Below are positions 42,900 to 55,567 of a stretch of 64,000 nucleotides of DNA, in pieces. The stretch comes from Epithemia pelagica (taxonomy: Eukaryota > Protista > Bacillariophyta). Position 1 is the first letter of the stretch; each line of letters starts with the position of its first letter. The notes under the pieces are model-generated. The model was not told the origin of the DNA, made no database searches, and was given only the letters and a program-made list of their open reading frames with translations. The DNA lies in the NCBI GenBank assembly GCA_946965045.2, contig OX337230.1:1054001-1118000 (forward strand), written 5' to 3'. The position numbers and the translations under genes were made by a program.

Positions 42900-43772
42900 T
42901 AATGACTAACGACTGATGACTGATGACTGATGACCGATGACTGCTTGACCAGTTGCCATCGGACCCAACCAAAACAAATGATTCGATGAATAATGAATAC
43001 TCTAGACAAAGAGTCTTCGACTTTTGAAAATTTCAACAGCACTCGCAAAGGTTAAAGGGCGTCTGCCCAAATAGGAATGTGGTGAGTGTTAGGTTTTAGA
43101 GGCTGTACCAAAGCCTCAGCAGACAGAGAGCAAAGAGGACAATCAGGAGTCACCAACTACCAGTTCCTCACGGGTCAAGGAAAAGGCCAACAACTACTAC
43201 TCCTAGGAGAGTAGGTAGGACACAAAGAGATGTGATGAATGGTGAGATTTTAGATTGTGAGCTTTATTCTAGATTTGTATGTCTTTCCCCATGGCTGTCT
43301 TTGCTGCCACATTAGGTTATTATCCCCAGTACTGGGTACAGAGATCCTACGTGCATTTCTTCCCAAATGTACTAAGGCTACGAGGATCTACTGGGTCATA
43401 TCTCTAATGTACCGTGGCTACGTATCCTGTACGTATCCTTGGATGATTGTCCATTTCCCAATGACCACAGGTTCTCATGTATCTTTGATTCTCACATGTA
43501 AGCCAATGTTGGTAGTCCCGTCATGGTCAGTGGCGCCAATCTCGTCTTCTATAGCATACCTAGAGAACTAGTTATGATAGTTCGAGTCTTGTCTACGGTG
43601 TGTTAAGTGAATCAACCACAAGAAGGTGTACTCCTTATCGAGACGACTCGATCGGATACCTATAACTTGTGCGAAGCACATTGGATCCCAAAAATAGCCT
43701 TTCTTTTGTTGGAAGTCAAATACACATTTATATACGTTAGTTTTGTCATGGGCGGATGGGTGCTCCTTCCAT

Positions 43773-46413
43773 TTAGAATTCGCCAAAGGGACACGCGTTA
43801 GCCAGGGGATAATGAATCTCTCCACTCCCGTTGAAAGTACCCACGACCGTAGCTCCCTCCACGGCTGTCGTAATGTCCAGTTGGGCCAAGGGAGCAATTT
43901 GAACACCCATTGCATTTTGCTGGAATTTCAAATAAGTTGCCTCGTACCAATTGAAAATAATCTTGCGCCGATGTTGGATAAAAAAGTTGCCCACCATGTT
44001 GCCCTGCGTCCATGAGATGGACTGACCCGACACATTGATAATAATAAACTTGACATTGTCCATGGTACAGGAACCCGAGAAAACGAATTCAATCTGTTGG
44101 ACCTTGCTATTCATAAAGAGACTGCTTCCATCGACATTAAACACAGCCACGCCATAGCTGTCGACAGTGTCGACCATGATTTTGACGGCACGTGGTTGGT
44201 CGCCTGGTCCCGGAATGTCAATGGTTCCCGTGGGGCTCAAATTCTTCAAAAACTTGGCGGAAAAATACAGCATTTGGGCTCGGTACGATGCCATGTGAGC
44301 GACCAAATCGGCATCCGATCCATACGTCGAAATGCTGCTCTGGAAATCAATTAAACGGCCGCCGACAAAAACACCTTGATTCTAAAAGAGTTAGCAAAAA
44401 GACATTGGAAACAGTGAGATGTTGTTGTCTTCACATGGAATGGGTCACACCGTGCACAGGTTCCAACGTACCGTCCTCTTAACCGAGACATCTGGTCCGT
44501 ATATCATGCTGCCTTGTTTGAGTTTGATCGAATTATATCCCGATCTGAAAGTCCCTCCAACTACAAATGTGGCAGCCGTTGTCGGTTGGCTGTGAATGGC
44601 AACCTGGAAGCCGTTCTGCGACAGGATATTACCTGAAACAGGAAACAGAAAAGGAGTAAAACAGATTACACAAACGGACAATAAGTGAGGGCTGTCGTTA
44701 CCCAACAAGAATGCAGACAGCGCTCTGCCACGGAAACGTACCACCAACCATCACAGGTCCCTCCACGTCCTGAGCTGCCATCAAATCGTTCATGACAAAG
44801 AGATCCCAGTTTTGGAGCAACGACCAAGCGTGGGGACAGCCATATTCGTCGTTTGTCCCGTCGGAACAAGGCCTCATACATACAGAAATTTTGGAAATGC
44901 GAGCACTCGAATCTCCACCAAAGGACCCCCCAATAAAGAGTTTGCCATCTGCGTCGAAGCCTCTACCAATACCATTGTTCTCCATGTACAACTTCAACAT
45001 ATACCAATCAGAATCTGAACTGTAAGCATCTAGTTTCAACCCAATGCCTGTCACAATCGTGTTAGAACGGATAACCTCCGTCACTGCAAAAGTGATTGAA
45101 ATGTCTTCACCGTTTTGATGAATTGTACAATGTGCTTTTCCTTCGTCAATAATTGATTGAATATCTGAGGATGTAGCCATTTCTCCTTGCGTCCCAGATG
45201 CGCCTTCGCACAAAAACGCACCAGGTGCGCAAGTTCCGTCGCTGCTGCTTGCGACCAACTTTCCAACCTTATTATTGTAGCCTGCATTGCCAACATTACA
45301 GCTGTAATTGCTGTCACAAGTGTCAACACACATTCCGATATTACTGATTTGGTGGCCTAGGGGACCGGTCATGATTCCACCTCGGAAAACCTTTCCTCCC
45401 ACGCCCGTAAAGCCAACAGCTTGGGTGGCAGATTTGATGGTGACAAGCTTTACGTAAACAGGAGAAGAACCAATCAACTTGAGGGAGACACCAATGACTT
45501 CACTAGTGTAGGCCCCGTTCTTGTACTTGTACTCTGTCTCCTGTTTGTTGACCTGGAAGGTCAATGTCCCACTTCCCGCTGTTGGATGATCATAGTTGCA
45601 CGAAATCGTCCCACCGTTCGTAAAAACGCTTGTATCGTCGTCATCCCATTTCAGAAACTCATTGTGACCGTCACCTTTGCAGAGCACGGCAGTCCCTTCA
45701 CATTGGCCTTGTTGTCCGCCGCCAGTTCCAAACAGCGACGTGATCGTCGGATCCGGAACATTTTGGTAATCGCCTTCGTAAGGGCATCCATCCGGAGCCG
45801 CGGGTGTATCCACAGGACTCTTTGTAGGAGCAGTGGTAGGGCCTGTAGTCGGTGTGCTTGTAGGGCCTGTAGTTGGAGCATTGGTAGGACCTGAAGTTGG
45901 TGCATAGGTCGGACCGGCAGCTGGGGCGCTGTTTGGTGCACTTGTTGGGTCAGAAGTGGGTGCACTCATAGGGACACGGGTAGGACCACTTGATGGAGCC
46001 TTTGTCGGGTTGGCAGTAGGAGTACCTTCCGATAGAGGCTCGGGTTCCATCGGCGTGCTGGTAGGAGGATTCGTGATATCCGGATCCAACACGTATTCTT
46101 CCGCCTCACCTGGTAAAGAAAAACAAACAAACAGAGACTTTTTGTGAGAACCAACGTTCCGAAATCGCTTGTTATTGTGTTTGGAGGAGAGAATGCGCGT
46201 CTTGTTTGGCTGCTTGGTCGGTCGTCACAACCGACTACCAACAATCAACATTCATGAATGTGTACACCATCCATGACACGACATTCGTTTTTGCGCGTAT
46301 CACCTACCCCAACAAGGACCGCATTCGTGCAGGGGATCGGGACAGTCGTCCGCCTTCCCGTCGGCGGAGGATACAACCAAGCAAATGAACGCAACAAGCC
46401 AACCAAGTTTCAT
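43773..46413 (-). CDS. Secreted short-PT-stalk + Cys-rich domains + choice-of-anchor A protein, copy 2, ~747 aa; exons 46413-46308, 46109-44742, 44632-44472, 44381-43773
   Basis: Signal peptide MKLGWLVAFICLVVSSADG. The downstream introns sit at the same positions as in copy 1 (offset 16829), and the joined frame is 2244 nt. Confidence 0.82.
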
Positions 46414-48691
46414 TGTGCCTTTCTTCTTCTTTCTGTTTTCTCTTCCTTCACTGAGAGGCAAGAGATTTTGGAAGCTTGGATCCGTCGCGCAAGACTTTTT
46501 GACGACACAATTCTGCCTCTGGAGGGGGGCGTCTGGTTTTCGGTTCCCTGGATTCTGGATATCGGACATATGATTCTTGTTGGGCGTATGCGAAAGTGTT
46601 CTCGCACGAGCATTCTTTTTTCAGAAAGCCACTCCAGTCTTATTATTGTACTGCCCTTATGCCAGGTGAGCTCGGAATGATGTGTCGCTCTGGCCTCTGG
46701 CTACGAGTACGAGTACTAGTCGCTCCGATGACCGATGACCGACCGTGGGTGGTCATACCATTTTTAGTATGAGAGCCGGACTACCCCCAAGCACAGGCCG
46801 TCTGTCCACCGTCCACCAAGACGCTTCTCCTCGGGGTGGTGAGAAGGGAATTCTCCTCTGGATCCGACTAATGTGCGACCTGATTCTCACCCGTGCTTGG
46901 AGGTAAGAGCGGGACTGAAATTGTTACAGCGGTACGAGTAGCCCGTACGGACTTAGCGCTTTCGATACTCGGTAGAGTTTCCGGCCCAACGAGATTCACT
47001 ACACCATACGTTTTCTATTATTTCCTACATTACCCAAGGCGTTCCACGATCAACGAAGCCAGGAGAAATCTGCTTGCGCTCATAGAGGGCAAAGGCAAAA
47101 GGTGTCAGTGTCATGCAAGTACCAGTACCGTATTTTGTATTTTTCTAATAATGACACATGATGTGGTTGGGCCTGTATTCTACTCGTTGAGCGCCTATCT
47201 AGTACGAGTACGAATCTAGTGTACCAGTAGTCTTCAAAGACAACCGTTTGAAGATGGTAGGGACTTGTCTTTTGTCAGTGATTCTTACTTGGGAAACATC
47301 CCATCGCTCAAGACCTCCTCACCGCCATATTTGTTTTCGTACTGATGCGATACCACTGAACATGAGTTGTTTGTCCTCAAACTGGACACGTACTTTTGAG
47401 GCGGTCGTTGATCAAGAGGAACTAAAAAACTACAAAGTCCTCCATGGTACGACGTACGACCGATCGGTATTTATGTGCTTTTCCCCTACGAATAAGATAA
47501 CGAATAGAATGAGATGGCCCTTCAAGAATCAATGAGTCAGAGACCCGGCGGCAGTGCGACGAGAGGCGGCGTAATACGACGTGTTGTCATTACACGTACT
47601 TTCCGGAGAGGCTGTTGGATTCTGGATTCCTTTCCCTTTCCCCGTCTTGAAGCAGGGTTATGCCGAAGGCTCTATGTTATATGGTTACCTTTTGTGTGTT
47701 GTGTGGCTTTGGTTCTCGCGTTGTATGAAAGGGACGGGGTGGGTGGGGCATTCGGAAAGAAAAGTTGAGGAGAGTAAGGATATAGTTGGTAGCTGAGCTT
47801 TGTCACTCCTCGTGATCCGGGCCAGGGTGAAAATGAACGGCACCATCATTACCACCAGATCATGACCCGAAAGCTGGTCACAAAGTATCCACCATGCCAC
47901 TTCTATCACGTTAGGTGGAACTTTCTGTTGGAACCGTTCTCCAACGTGGGAGCTGATAATGGTGGAACGCCGAAACTATCCGAACCAATAGTCCATAGAT
48001 TCTTAGCACTACCGTGAATTGATAATTGATACCAGTCATTCGTAATTTACTAACTGTGTGGAATAGAGACTGAGATTCTTTCGGGAGGGAGCTTGTTCTC
48101 GTCAGCACCCCATGCACTGGGAGCCTTTGGATGGACTCCCGGTGTTTCCAACAAGTCATTTTTGTCAAAGGAGTACCTGCCAGAGACTACCAACTACTCA
48201 TAGTTTTTCTTGCACCCAGGTAGATAAAGGGAAAACCAGACAAAGTAACAAATCATGATGGATTATACATAAAACAGCATCCATGAGACAGCAACAACAG
48301 CAAATGAAACTGCACCAAGATGTGGGGACCAACTTTAGAAGAATCGTTGCAGTCCATATCGATCCCGAAACAAGAATCCCTATCCTAAAGTATGTGCTAG
48401 GATTGTGGCTGTGATTGGTTGTGTGTATGGTCGAAAGTGGAGGAACAATCCGTGCACCACCACCACCACCACCACGACAAGCGCCAGTGGACAACAACAA
48501 AATCGGATTCGCTCATTGTGGAACCATATCCAGCAGATCAGGACTCATCATGGCATTTGTGACATCAAGTCCATCCATGTTTTTTCTGATTGTCCATGTT
48601 CAATACGTGCTCCTGTGTGGGCACATGGCAGGGACACAATCTATCAAGGACTCTGGCACAGAAACACAAATAGACCCACAGCCTTGATGTG

Positions 48692-50562
48692 TTAATCTTG
48701 CTTGACAGCTTTAGTGGCAGCTGTAGCTGCTGCGGCCAAGGGTTTGGGTGGATTGGTGGCATGGAGGTAGAGAGACAGAACGGCCAACATACCACCCAAC
48801 CATTGTTCCATCGACACACCAACGACGCCCGATTCGGAAGACGAGAGAGCAGCTTGAATCAATCCCGACAAGAGAATGCCAAAAATGAGTGCAAAGCCTT
48901 TTCGCACCGATCCGGCATATTTGGTCACCAAACCAACCAAGATACCACCTAAACTATTGGTCACAATCGGAATCCAGGTTTGCGGCGTCCATCCGGCAAA
49001 AAAGCCCTTTTCCCACACCTCTCGTCCATCACTCGATACAATCCAACTCGTCATGAGCAACAAGGAGGAGGCCACGCACAATTCCATACTGTACAAATAG
49101 GAATTGCGACCGCCACTGTTGGTACTGGTAGCTCGTTGCAAGCTTCGCTGGGACAAGGCACCGGCCAAACCACTGATAAAACTGGCCAACAGAATCGGTG
49201 CCACACCCATGGTAAAGCGATGGGCATCCCAATACTGTCCCATGTCTTGCAAGACATCGGCGGCAATCGAGCTGGAAGAGCTCGTCGTCGTCGTCGTCGT
49301 CGTGGAAGCCGATGATCCCGGAGTTGATCCTGCCGATTTATCACTGGTACTCGTGGACGGTGGTGTCGCGGCCGTAGTAGTTGTCGTAGTAGTGGGTGAG
49401 GTTGCTTCGGTGGACGCGGCGGACATGCGTCGGGTAATACTCGACGACGAGGCAGAGGTCAGAGAAAGGGGTGTCGAGGAGGCGGTCCAATCCTTCCAAT
49501 ATTCCCAACTAAAGAGGGGTGAAAGTGTCGTATAATTCAAAATATCATTCACCTTGACAATTTTTTCCATCACCAAGGCCGCCAACAAGAGTAGGAGTAG
49601 GGCCACGAACTGTAGCTTGGATTGTCGTTTGCCCATAATCAAATAGCAGCAGAGAGCGGCCGATAAGGTTTTGGTTTGATTCAAGACATTAAAGGTGAGC
49701 GCATCCAAGTTTTGATAGGCCTTGAGTGCTGCGACATTTTGAACGGCATACAAGGCCGCCGGAACACCAGCCACTTCAATCCAGGTCGCAATGCTCCAGC
49801 CTAAGGCATGTGGTGAAGTCGACAAAGAAGGGAAGAGAAAGAGAGGACATCGCAGAATGTAACGAGGACAGAAAATGAAACAAAGGAGCATATGAGCAAC
49901 AGCAAGTTCAATGCAAAGAGAACTCGAAAAGACGGTGTGTCATTGACTATTTCAAACGTACCTTTCAGTGCGCCTGCCTTGACGGGAGAGCCACCCGTGG
50001 TAATGTACAACATGAGGGCCGCCAAGAGTAGTTTGGTCACCTCTTGCGCCAAAATGACAGTCGACCGAGTAATGCCCTGTGGTGTAAAACGTCTGGTTAA
50101 CATGGGTTGCAATCCAAATTGCAAGGCCAAGAGGGCCTGGGTTTATATAAAAAAGATTGGTGGTCGAGCATGCACCAAATGAAAAAGAAAGTTTAATACA
50201 ACGCAGAGCATTCGTTTGAATATGGACGTGGATGAGGGTGAGAAACGCGAGAACAAAGGAGAAGCGCAGAACGCACAGAACCAATCAGCAACCACGGGCC
50301 TCAAAAACAAACAAACACACGAGCATTGAATCGCAGAAAGCACTGCTTTGTGAGAACGTACCATGTAGAGTATACTTTGTCGATCCAATTGTTGGTGTCC
50401 ACGGGCCGTTGTGGCTGCGGCGGTCGATGGAGTCGCCGCCGACGATGAGGTGACCGTAGGTCGACCACCGGTGGGGTTGGGACCCGTCGAGGAAGGCGAT
50501 GCCACGAGAGAAGGACCTGTCGGTCGATCCAACGGATTGCGTCGTCCACCGGCCTGATTCAT
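48692..50562 (-). CDS. Nucleotide-sugar transporter (SLC35A / UDP-galactose-CMP-sialic acid transporter family), ~494 aa; exons 50562-50362, 50136-49962, 49800-48692
   Basis: Motifs VPAALYAVQN, TFNVLNQTKTLSAA and GGILVGLVTKYAGSVRKGFA, plus multiple hydrophobic helices. GTACG..AG introns join the exons in frame. Confidence 0.88.
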
Positions 50563-51503
50563 GTTCGGTCCAATGCTTTGTCCAGAGAAAAATTGTCTGC
50601 TGTTGCAATTTTGGGATTGGAAAGATCGCTAGAGTCTTTCGTTGCTTTTTCACACTTCAACTTCTTTTTGTTGTGGTGACAAATAGATTCTTTTTTAAAG
50701 AGTATGGATAGACCAGTCGATCCTTCAAAATCCAATAGGTTCCTGGTCGTTGATGGTCCTTGATTTGGAAACGGTCGTCGTAGCGAATGGTGTTTCCAAA
50801 ATGCGATGCTTCCACTGGAACGATTGGAACCTGAACAAGCAGAATGACAAGGCTGTGTTGGGTCCACAAGGAGAGTAACCTTTGGCGTGTGTTTCCAGGT
50901 GAAACAACGTTCAATCCAACAGCTGTTGTCTCCACGGTTTGCGCTTTGGCGGCCAGAAAAATCACACCAAATACAAGAGATTGTGGTTTCACTGACTGGC
51001 AATGGATCCTCAGTCGGCGGTTTGTCGCTCAATGAAGGACTGCAATCTCAGATTCTGGTTCTCTCGTTGTCGTGTCTCCTCTCTCGCTTGATTCGTTTGA
51101 TACGCATCCACAAAGGAGACTGTGAATATATTGAAATATTGAATGACGTTCCGAATTCCGAACTCGAGTTGATGTCGTTGGCGCCACCTGGAACCTTTTT
51201 TGGGCCTCACCCGCGACCGCGGATTTGAGAAAGAGGACTTAAACGCGGCTAAGGGTATCATCCGCGACCAGAGATGCTCTACAGAAAGAGGACCTAAGCG
51301 CGATCCCAAGTTTTCATGCGTTGGTGGAACACGTACTCACTAGACTCACCATTCTTATGTTCCCTCATTGCTATTGCTAGACCTTTCCTTTAGGAAGAGA
51401 CGACCAAGATTGTTGAAAGCGTCGAGACGGAGACAAAAAAGACGATCGAGCCACGCAGACAAGACCTTAGTCACGGAAGTACCATTTATTTCTAGTCGCA
51501 ATC

Positions 51504-53070
51504 ATGTCCTCATCGACCACAGCCAAAGCAGTGGACGATGCCCAGTTGGAACAAGAAGCCTGGTATCAAAAAGAATCCGAATTGACCAAACAGTCTCACA
51601 TTGACGAAGCCATTGCCTCTCGTACCCAATCGCTGCATACGATTTTGGAACCCATCCTGGGCTTGACGCCTGGTTCCTCCTTGGCGTTGTCGTCGTCCAC
51701 CGACGCGGCCGTTGTCTTGTGTCAGGCCGTGGTTGCGGTCGCGGAAGCGACGGCGCACATTGCCGTTCATTTGCAAAATTATGTGCAACATGTTTCGGCC
51801 GGATCGCACAATGCATCGGGGGATGAACAATTGCAATTGGATTTGGTGTGCGATCACGAAGTCTTTACCGCTGCCCGTAAGGCGGCACCACAAGTCTTTG
51901 CCACCTTGGCCTCGGAAGAAACACCGACGGAAACACCCATTCATCCCACCACGGGTCAATACAGTACGTTTTGAGTGTCTAGTATGGAGGGAGATGCGCA
52001 GGTTGCAGATTGCCTCTTTGCGTGAGTTGTCCCGTGTTTTTCTCATGGCTCTTTTTGTTTGTGTTGGATTCAACATTTTGAAACAATAAAAATTCATGTT
52101 GAACCACAGGCTTGGGATTTGATCCATTGGATGGATCCTCCATTATTGATGCTAATTTCTCTGTGGGAAGGTATGTACCACTGACTGTTTGACGAGATTG
52201 GCCTCTAGTCATGCGCATTCGGAAACACAAATCCAAAACCGTTTGTCACGAATGTACGGACCGAAATGAGAGTCTCGGTGTCATGTTTTGCCAGGATGGC
52301 TCTCAACAAACTACTGTGTCTTGTGCACTTTATGCCTCTCGTCTCTTCTTCTTTTGCATGGGTTTGTCTTCCAACACTTGTCGCCGTACAAATACTCATG
52401 GAATCCATGCTGGTGAAACAAATAATCAATCGACGAATCAATCCACAACCACAATTATCACGACCGTAATTGTAGTATTTATGGAATTTGGCCCGGCAAA
52501 TCGTTGGTGGGAGTCCAGGGTCGTGATCAAGCGGCCTCGGCCGTGGCCTTGTATGGTCCCCGAACATTGCTGGCCATTGCTTTGCCAGCCTCGGGAGACC
52601 GTCCCGCCAAGGTTGTGGAAGTGACCTTGGTTCAAAATCGAACTCGATGGGAGGTGAGTCGCGACTCCATGACCATTGCTCCCTCCGGTAAGGTCTTTGC
52701 TCCTGGAAATTTGCGCGCCACCCAAGATCATGCACGCTACCGAAAATTGATGGACTATTGGATGGAACACAAGTATCAATTGCGATATTCCGGTGGAATG
52801 GTACCCGATGTCTACCATATCTTGGCCAAACAAAAGGGTATCTTTACCAATGTGTCGTCGCCATTAGCCAAGGCCAAGTTGCGCTTGTTGTACGAAGTGG
52901 CACCCATGGGATTGCTCATGGAATGTGCAGGAGGCATTGCCATGGATGAGGGACAAGATCGATCCGTCTTGGATATTACCATTGAACATACCGATCAACG
53001 ATGTGGTGTTTGTTTTGGCAGTCGACTCGAAGTGGAAAAGTACAAGGAAATCATGTTTGCGACGGAATAA
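51504..53070 (+). CDS. SBP: Sedoheptulose-1,7-bisphosphatase (FBPase class 1 fold), ~371 aa; exons 51504-51963, 52110-52170, 52476-53070
   Basis: FDPLDGSSIIDANFSVG, GIWPG..GRDQAA..YGPRT, FAPGNLRAT, LRYSGGMVPDV and KAKLRLLYEVAP match SBPase signatures. Confidence 0.88.
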
Positions 53071-53686
53071 GGAGAGAACAGGTAGGAGAAGCTACTTCCT
53101 AGGGACTTTGTTGTACTACCGCACTCACAAGAGAAACACTACAGCTGCCATATGCTAGTCAGTACATTCTAGCTCATCAACACCTTAGTTTCATTTCTGG
53201 CGTTCATGTCGGTAATGCTTTATCGATCACCTCGAGATTTGACGGAGAGTGCGCAAACAATTGTGTAGGAGTAGACACAAACCCACTACACACCTCTCTT
53301 GTCTCTTGGATACAGGAGTTGCTTGCTTGTGGGAACGATGCAGCCACATAATAGGAACGGAGAGCGTCGCCGCGCGGACGGCACGAGCCTCCCATCGTCC
53401 ACTATAGCCCTTAGCTAAAAAACACGTGAATTCCTAATGCCGTTGTCTCATAATTCGTGGTGAACAAGAATAATATTAACCCCCATTTGAAGTAATTTGG
53501 AGAGCCGTTGGCGGGAGGCTGGGGTCATCCACAAGACTGATTGGTCGGCGCGCTCACCTCGATTGGAGGGTGCCATCTTTTGGGGTGGTTGAAAATCGTT
53601 TTGCAAACTATTGCTTCGTTGTAGTACTTGGACACAAAAGAAGCAGGCAAGAGCAAAAGACTCTTTGGGCTTTGGGTACCTGACGA

Positions 53687-55567
53687 TTGGTGCATCCAAA
53701 CAATACGCCACCAAAGTTAAACTACCGGTCTTTCAAATCAAAAGGAGGCGTTGTCAAACGGATTGACGACAAGATGAATCCAGCAACTGCCGACCCAGCA
53801 CTCGAAGCGAGTGGAAGGACATTCCAGACCATGAACAGTACTACTACAACAAAACCTCAATCGCCGCCACCCCATCAATTGCTCCATTTCTTGTCCTTGG
53901 ATGATGAAGAAGATGGACAGTTGCACATGGGAAAATCGTTCCAATCGCCATGCCACTGGCCATTGCAAAATGATAAGAATGGCCAACCTCTGGACGACGA
54001 GGGGCAACCGTTCTTGAAAAAAGACATTGCAGTGGCAAGTCCAGCCCCAACACCCACCACGGTCGAGGAAAGCAGTTTCTCCATCCAATCTCCGCCGTCC
54101 ATGACAAGCCCTCTTATCTCAATGAACCAGAGGGACCCATCCAAGGGCACGGTCGTAATGGTACCGTCTGCTCCCCTTTCGCCCTGTTCCACCTTGTCAG
54201 TTTCGGTGGGCACCACAACCACATTGGAGGAGGGCGGACCGACGACACGGACGTCCTGTCCGTTTGATGAAGAGCAGGAAGAAGACGATGAAGGACGACT
54301 GATAATACGTGACTGCACGACGTCTCCCAACAAGGCGCCACTGTCGCCCAGTGGCGAGCAATCTCGTGGATCCTCATTGCCCTCCTGTTGTTCTCCGCAT
54401 GGAGGAGGAGCCAACTGCAGTCATTACGAAACCTCGAGGGAGGAACTGAAACTGGATGGCACTACTACTCGAAACGCTGCCGCCTCTCCCTCTTTTCCTC
54501 TCAGTCCCATTCTCATGAGCAGTGCCAGTCAAGGCGCAGAGGAAGAACAAGACGACCAACCACTGGATGGACAGCCGGCACCTCAAGATTGCAAACGAAA
54601 CTTGCACTTTGATCCTCCCTCCAGTCCATCCCTCGTCGTACCTCCGTCCTCGTTCAAAACGCTCCTGGTCCCACCCACTGGCAAACGAGAAGACGGCGGC
54701 CACAATATAAAGCCGTCGGCATTGCTTCGGGCCATTCATCGGCGTCGACAAGAACTTGCCAACGCCATGAAGAGTAAATCAGAAGACGACGAGACCAACG
54801 ATTGTGTCCGTGAACTGGCTGTGGCACGTATCAAGTCCGTCTTGGATACCAGTGTCGTCACGCCCGAACAACAGAGGAATGACGAAAGATCCAACCAAGT
54901 CCATCCAGTGGGAGCTTCCATATTATACAATACGATTGATTCCACCTTGACACTCAGTCAAACATACGAGGACTTGAGCAGTGAGGAGGAGGAAGAAGAA
55001 GAAGAAATTGAGGAAGCTGTCACCTTCCAAGACGATGATGTATCGTCCGCCTTTGTCACGGTGGATGAAGCCTTGCCCTTGACTCTCTTTTGCAGTGCCG
55101 ACAATGACCATGTCGATCTGGCCAAGGATACACTAATAGCTCGGAAGGAGGATCCGCTCATACGTCTCGAGGCTGGTACCAAGGAGGACGAGTCAACCGG
55201 TTCCAGAAGACAACTTGTGCCTCGAACCGTCGACGTGGTGCTGCGCCCTTCCTTGGAACAGTCTGTCGAATGCGCTGTTGCCACAATGTCCATGTCGTGT
55301 CTGGACGAGACAGCCATAGCCACTTCTCCGACCAAAACACTTGTCGAGAAAAAGACAACACCCTCCAACATTGCCAAACGCGACAATGAGGACGAAGAGG
55401 ATGACGACATGTGGAATTTTGCATTGAAAACGTTGAATTGCGAGATTACAAATCTTGATTGCGGAGGATTCCTATTTCCTCAACCATCCTTGTGGTCCTG
55501 GCAGACGGCGGTACTGCCGTCTCCCACGAAACCAGACAATCAGGACAATAGCAAGACCATAGATTAA
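53687..55567 (+). CDS. Hypothetical Ser/Pro/Glu-rich protein (626 aa)
   Basis: Long open frame with no recognised domain; start uncertain. Confidence 0.7.
   Translation: MVHPNNTPPKLNYRSFKSKGGVVKRIDDKMNPATADPALEASGRTFQTMNSTTTTKPQSPPPHQLLHFLSLDDEEDGQLHMGKSFQSPCHWPLQNDKNGQPLDDEGQPFLKKDIAVASPAPTPTTVEESSFSIQSPPSMTSPLISMNQRDPSKGTVVMVPSAPLSPCSTLSVSVGTTTTLEEGGPTTRTSCPFDEEQEEDDEGRLIIRDCTTSPNKAPLSPSGEQSRGSSLPSCCSPHGGGANCSHYETSREELKLDGTTTRNAAASPSFPLSPILMSSASQGAEEEQDDQPLDGQPAPQDCKRNLHFDPPSSPSLVVPPSSFKTLLVPPTGKREDGGHNIKPSALLRAIHRRRQELANAMKSKSEDDETNDCVRELAVARIKSVLDTSVVTPEQQRNDERSNQVHPVGASILYNTIDSTLTLSQTYEDLSSEEEEEEEEIEEAVTFQDDDVSSAFVTVDEALPLTLFCSADNDHVDLAKDTLIARKEDPLIRLEAGTKEDESTGSRRQLVPRTVDVVLRPSLEQSVECAVATMSMSCLDETAIATSPTKTLVEKKTTPSNIAKRDNEDEEDDDMWNFALKTLNCEITNLDCGGFLFPQPSLWSWQTAVLPSPTKPDNQDNSKTID

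Noticed and set aside
47685-48170. Possible decayed LINE-like RT/RNase H fragment on the minus strand
   Set aside because: Only a faint resemblance across broken frames, with no diagnostic motif I can support.
50559-51309. Short minus-strand ORFs between the transporter and SBPase
   Set aside because: I could not build a consistent spliced model or recognise a domain; this may be promoter or UTR sequence.
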